DNA from: Lama glama
Lineage: Eukaryota
Direction of reading: 5' to 3'
DNA: 64,000 nucleotides
Assembly: GCA_028534125.1 (NCBI GenBank)
Contig: CM052816.1
Span: 43,650,001-43,714,000, forward strand
The position numbers were made by a program, and so were the translations under genes. Every line of letters begins with the position of its first letter. The stretch's first letter is position 1. The notes beneath the pieces were generated by a model. It ran no database searches. It had not been told where the DNA came from and saw only the letters and a list, made by a program, of their open reading frames with translations. Of the stretch, positions 63,730-64,000 are shown in pieces.

Positions 63730-63878
63730 GGGGAGGCTATAGCTCAGTGGTAGAGTGCATGCTTAGCAGGCATGAGGTCCTGGGTTCAATCCCCAGTACC
63801 CCCATTATATAAATAAATGTAATTACTTCCCCCCTCAAAAAAAGTAGACATTTAAAAAACTTAAAAAATAAAAAAGAA
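63730..63878 (+). mobile_element. Full-length camelid tRNA-Ala(AGC)-derived SINE (vic-1 type) with target-site duplication
   Basis: GGGGAGGCTATAGCTCAGTGGTAGAG...TTAGCA...GGTTCAATCCCC with A box 63740-63750, B box 63783-63792 and an A-rich tail. Target-site duplication ttgttgagaag(g)agca at 63714-63729 and 63879-63893. Confidence 0.93.
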
Positions 63879-64000
63879 TTGTTGAGAAGAGCAAAGCATC
63901 AAAGTGATTTCAAACTTTCAAAGTTAAAAAATTGTTATTGAAAGCAGGCTGCCATTAATAGCTTATTAATATTAGTAATAGCACATTAATAAAATAAACC

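Noticed and set aside
63730..63802. Possible tRNA-Ala(AGC) gene
   Set aside because: Imperfect stems, an A-rich tail and a target-site duplication show it is a SINE.
1..64000. Using L1/LTR orientation bias to infer a host-gene strand
   Set aside because: L1s and LTRs occur on both strands in similar numbers, so the signal is uninformative.

Overview
This is eutherian mammal nuclear DNA, AT-rich and CpG-depleted overall. It is most likely camelid (camel/alpaca/llama), because it carries two tRNA-Ala(AGC)-derived SINEs of the camelid vic-1 type and I see no Alu, B1/B2, Bov-tA, PRE-1 or Can-SINE copies. I recognise no protein-coding exon, rRNA, bona fide tRNA, CRISPR array or prokaryotic system, and the supplied ORFs look like chance frames or repeat-derived frames. 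The window reads as intergenic or deep intronic sequence filled with ancient repeats: L1, L2, L3/CR1, MIR, MaLR/ERVL LTRs, an ERVL gag remnant and hAT DNA transposons. Subfamily names come from my recall of consensus sequences and need RepeatMasker/Dfam confirmation. The most notable non-repeat signals are: (1) a CpG-retaining domain at about 17.5-26 kb, rich in ACGT-core (bZIP/HIF/E-box) motifs and ending in a small orphan CpG island that contains a 70-nt hairpin; (2) a minus-strand pyrimidine-tract CAG|GTGAGT junction at about 32.5 kb, a microexon or recursive-splice candidate; (3) several compact motif clusters, including a near-perfect ERE with FOXA sites, a TAATCT triplet and paired palindromes. 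I cannot support a new biological system; the findings are testable candidate regulatory or splicing elements.
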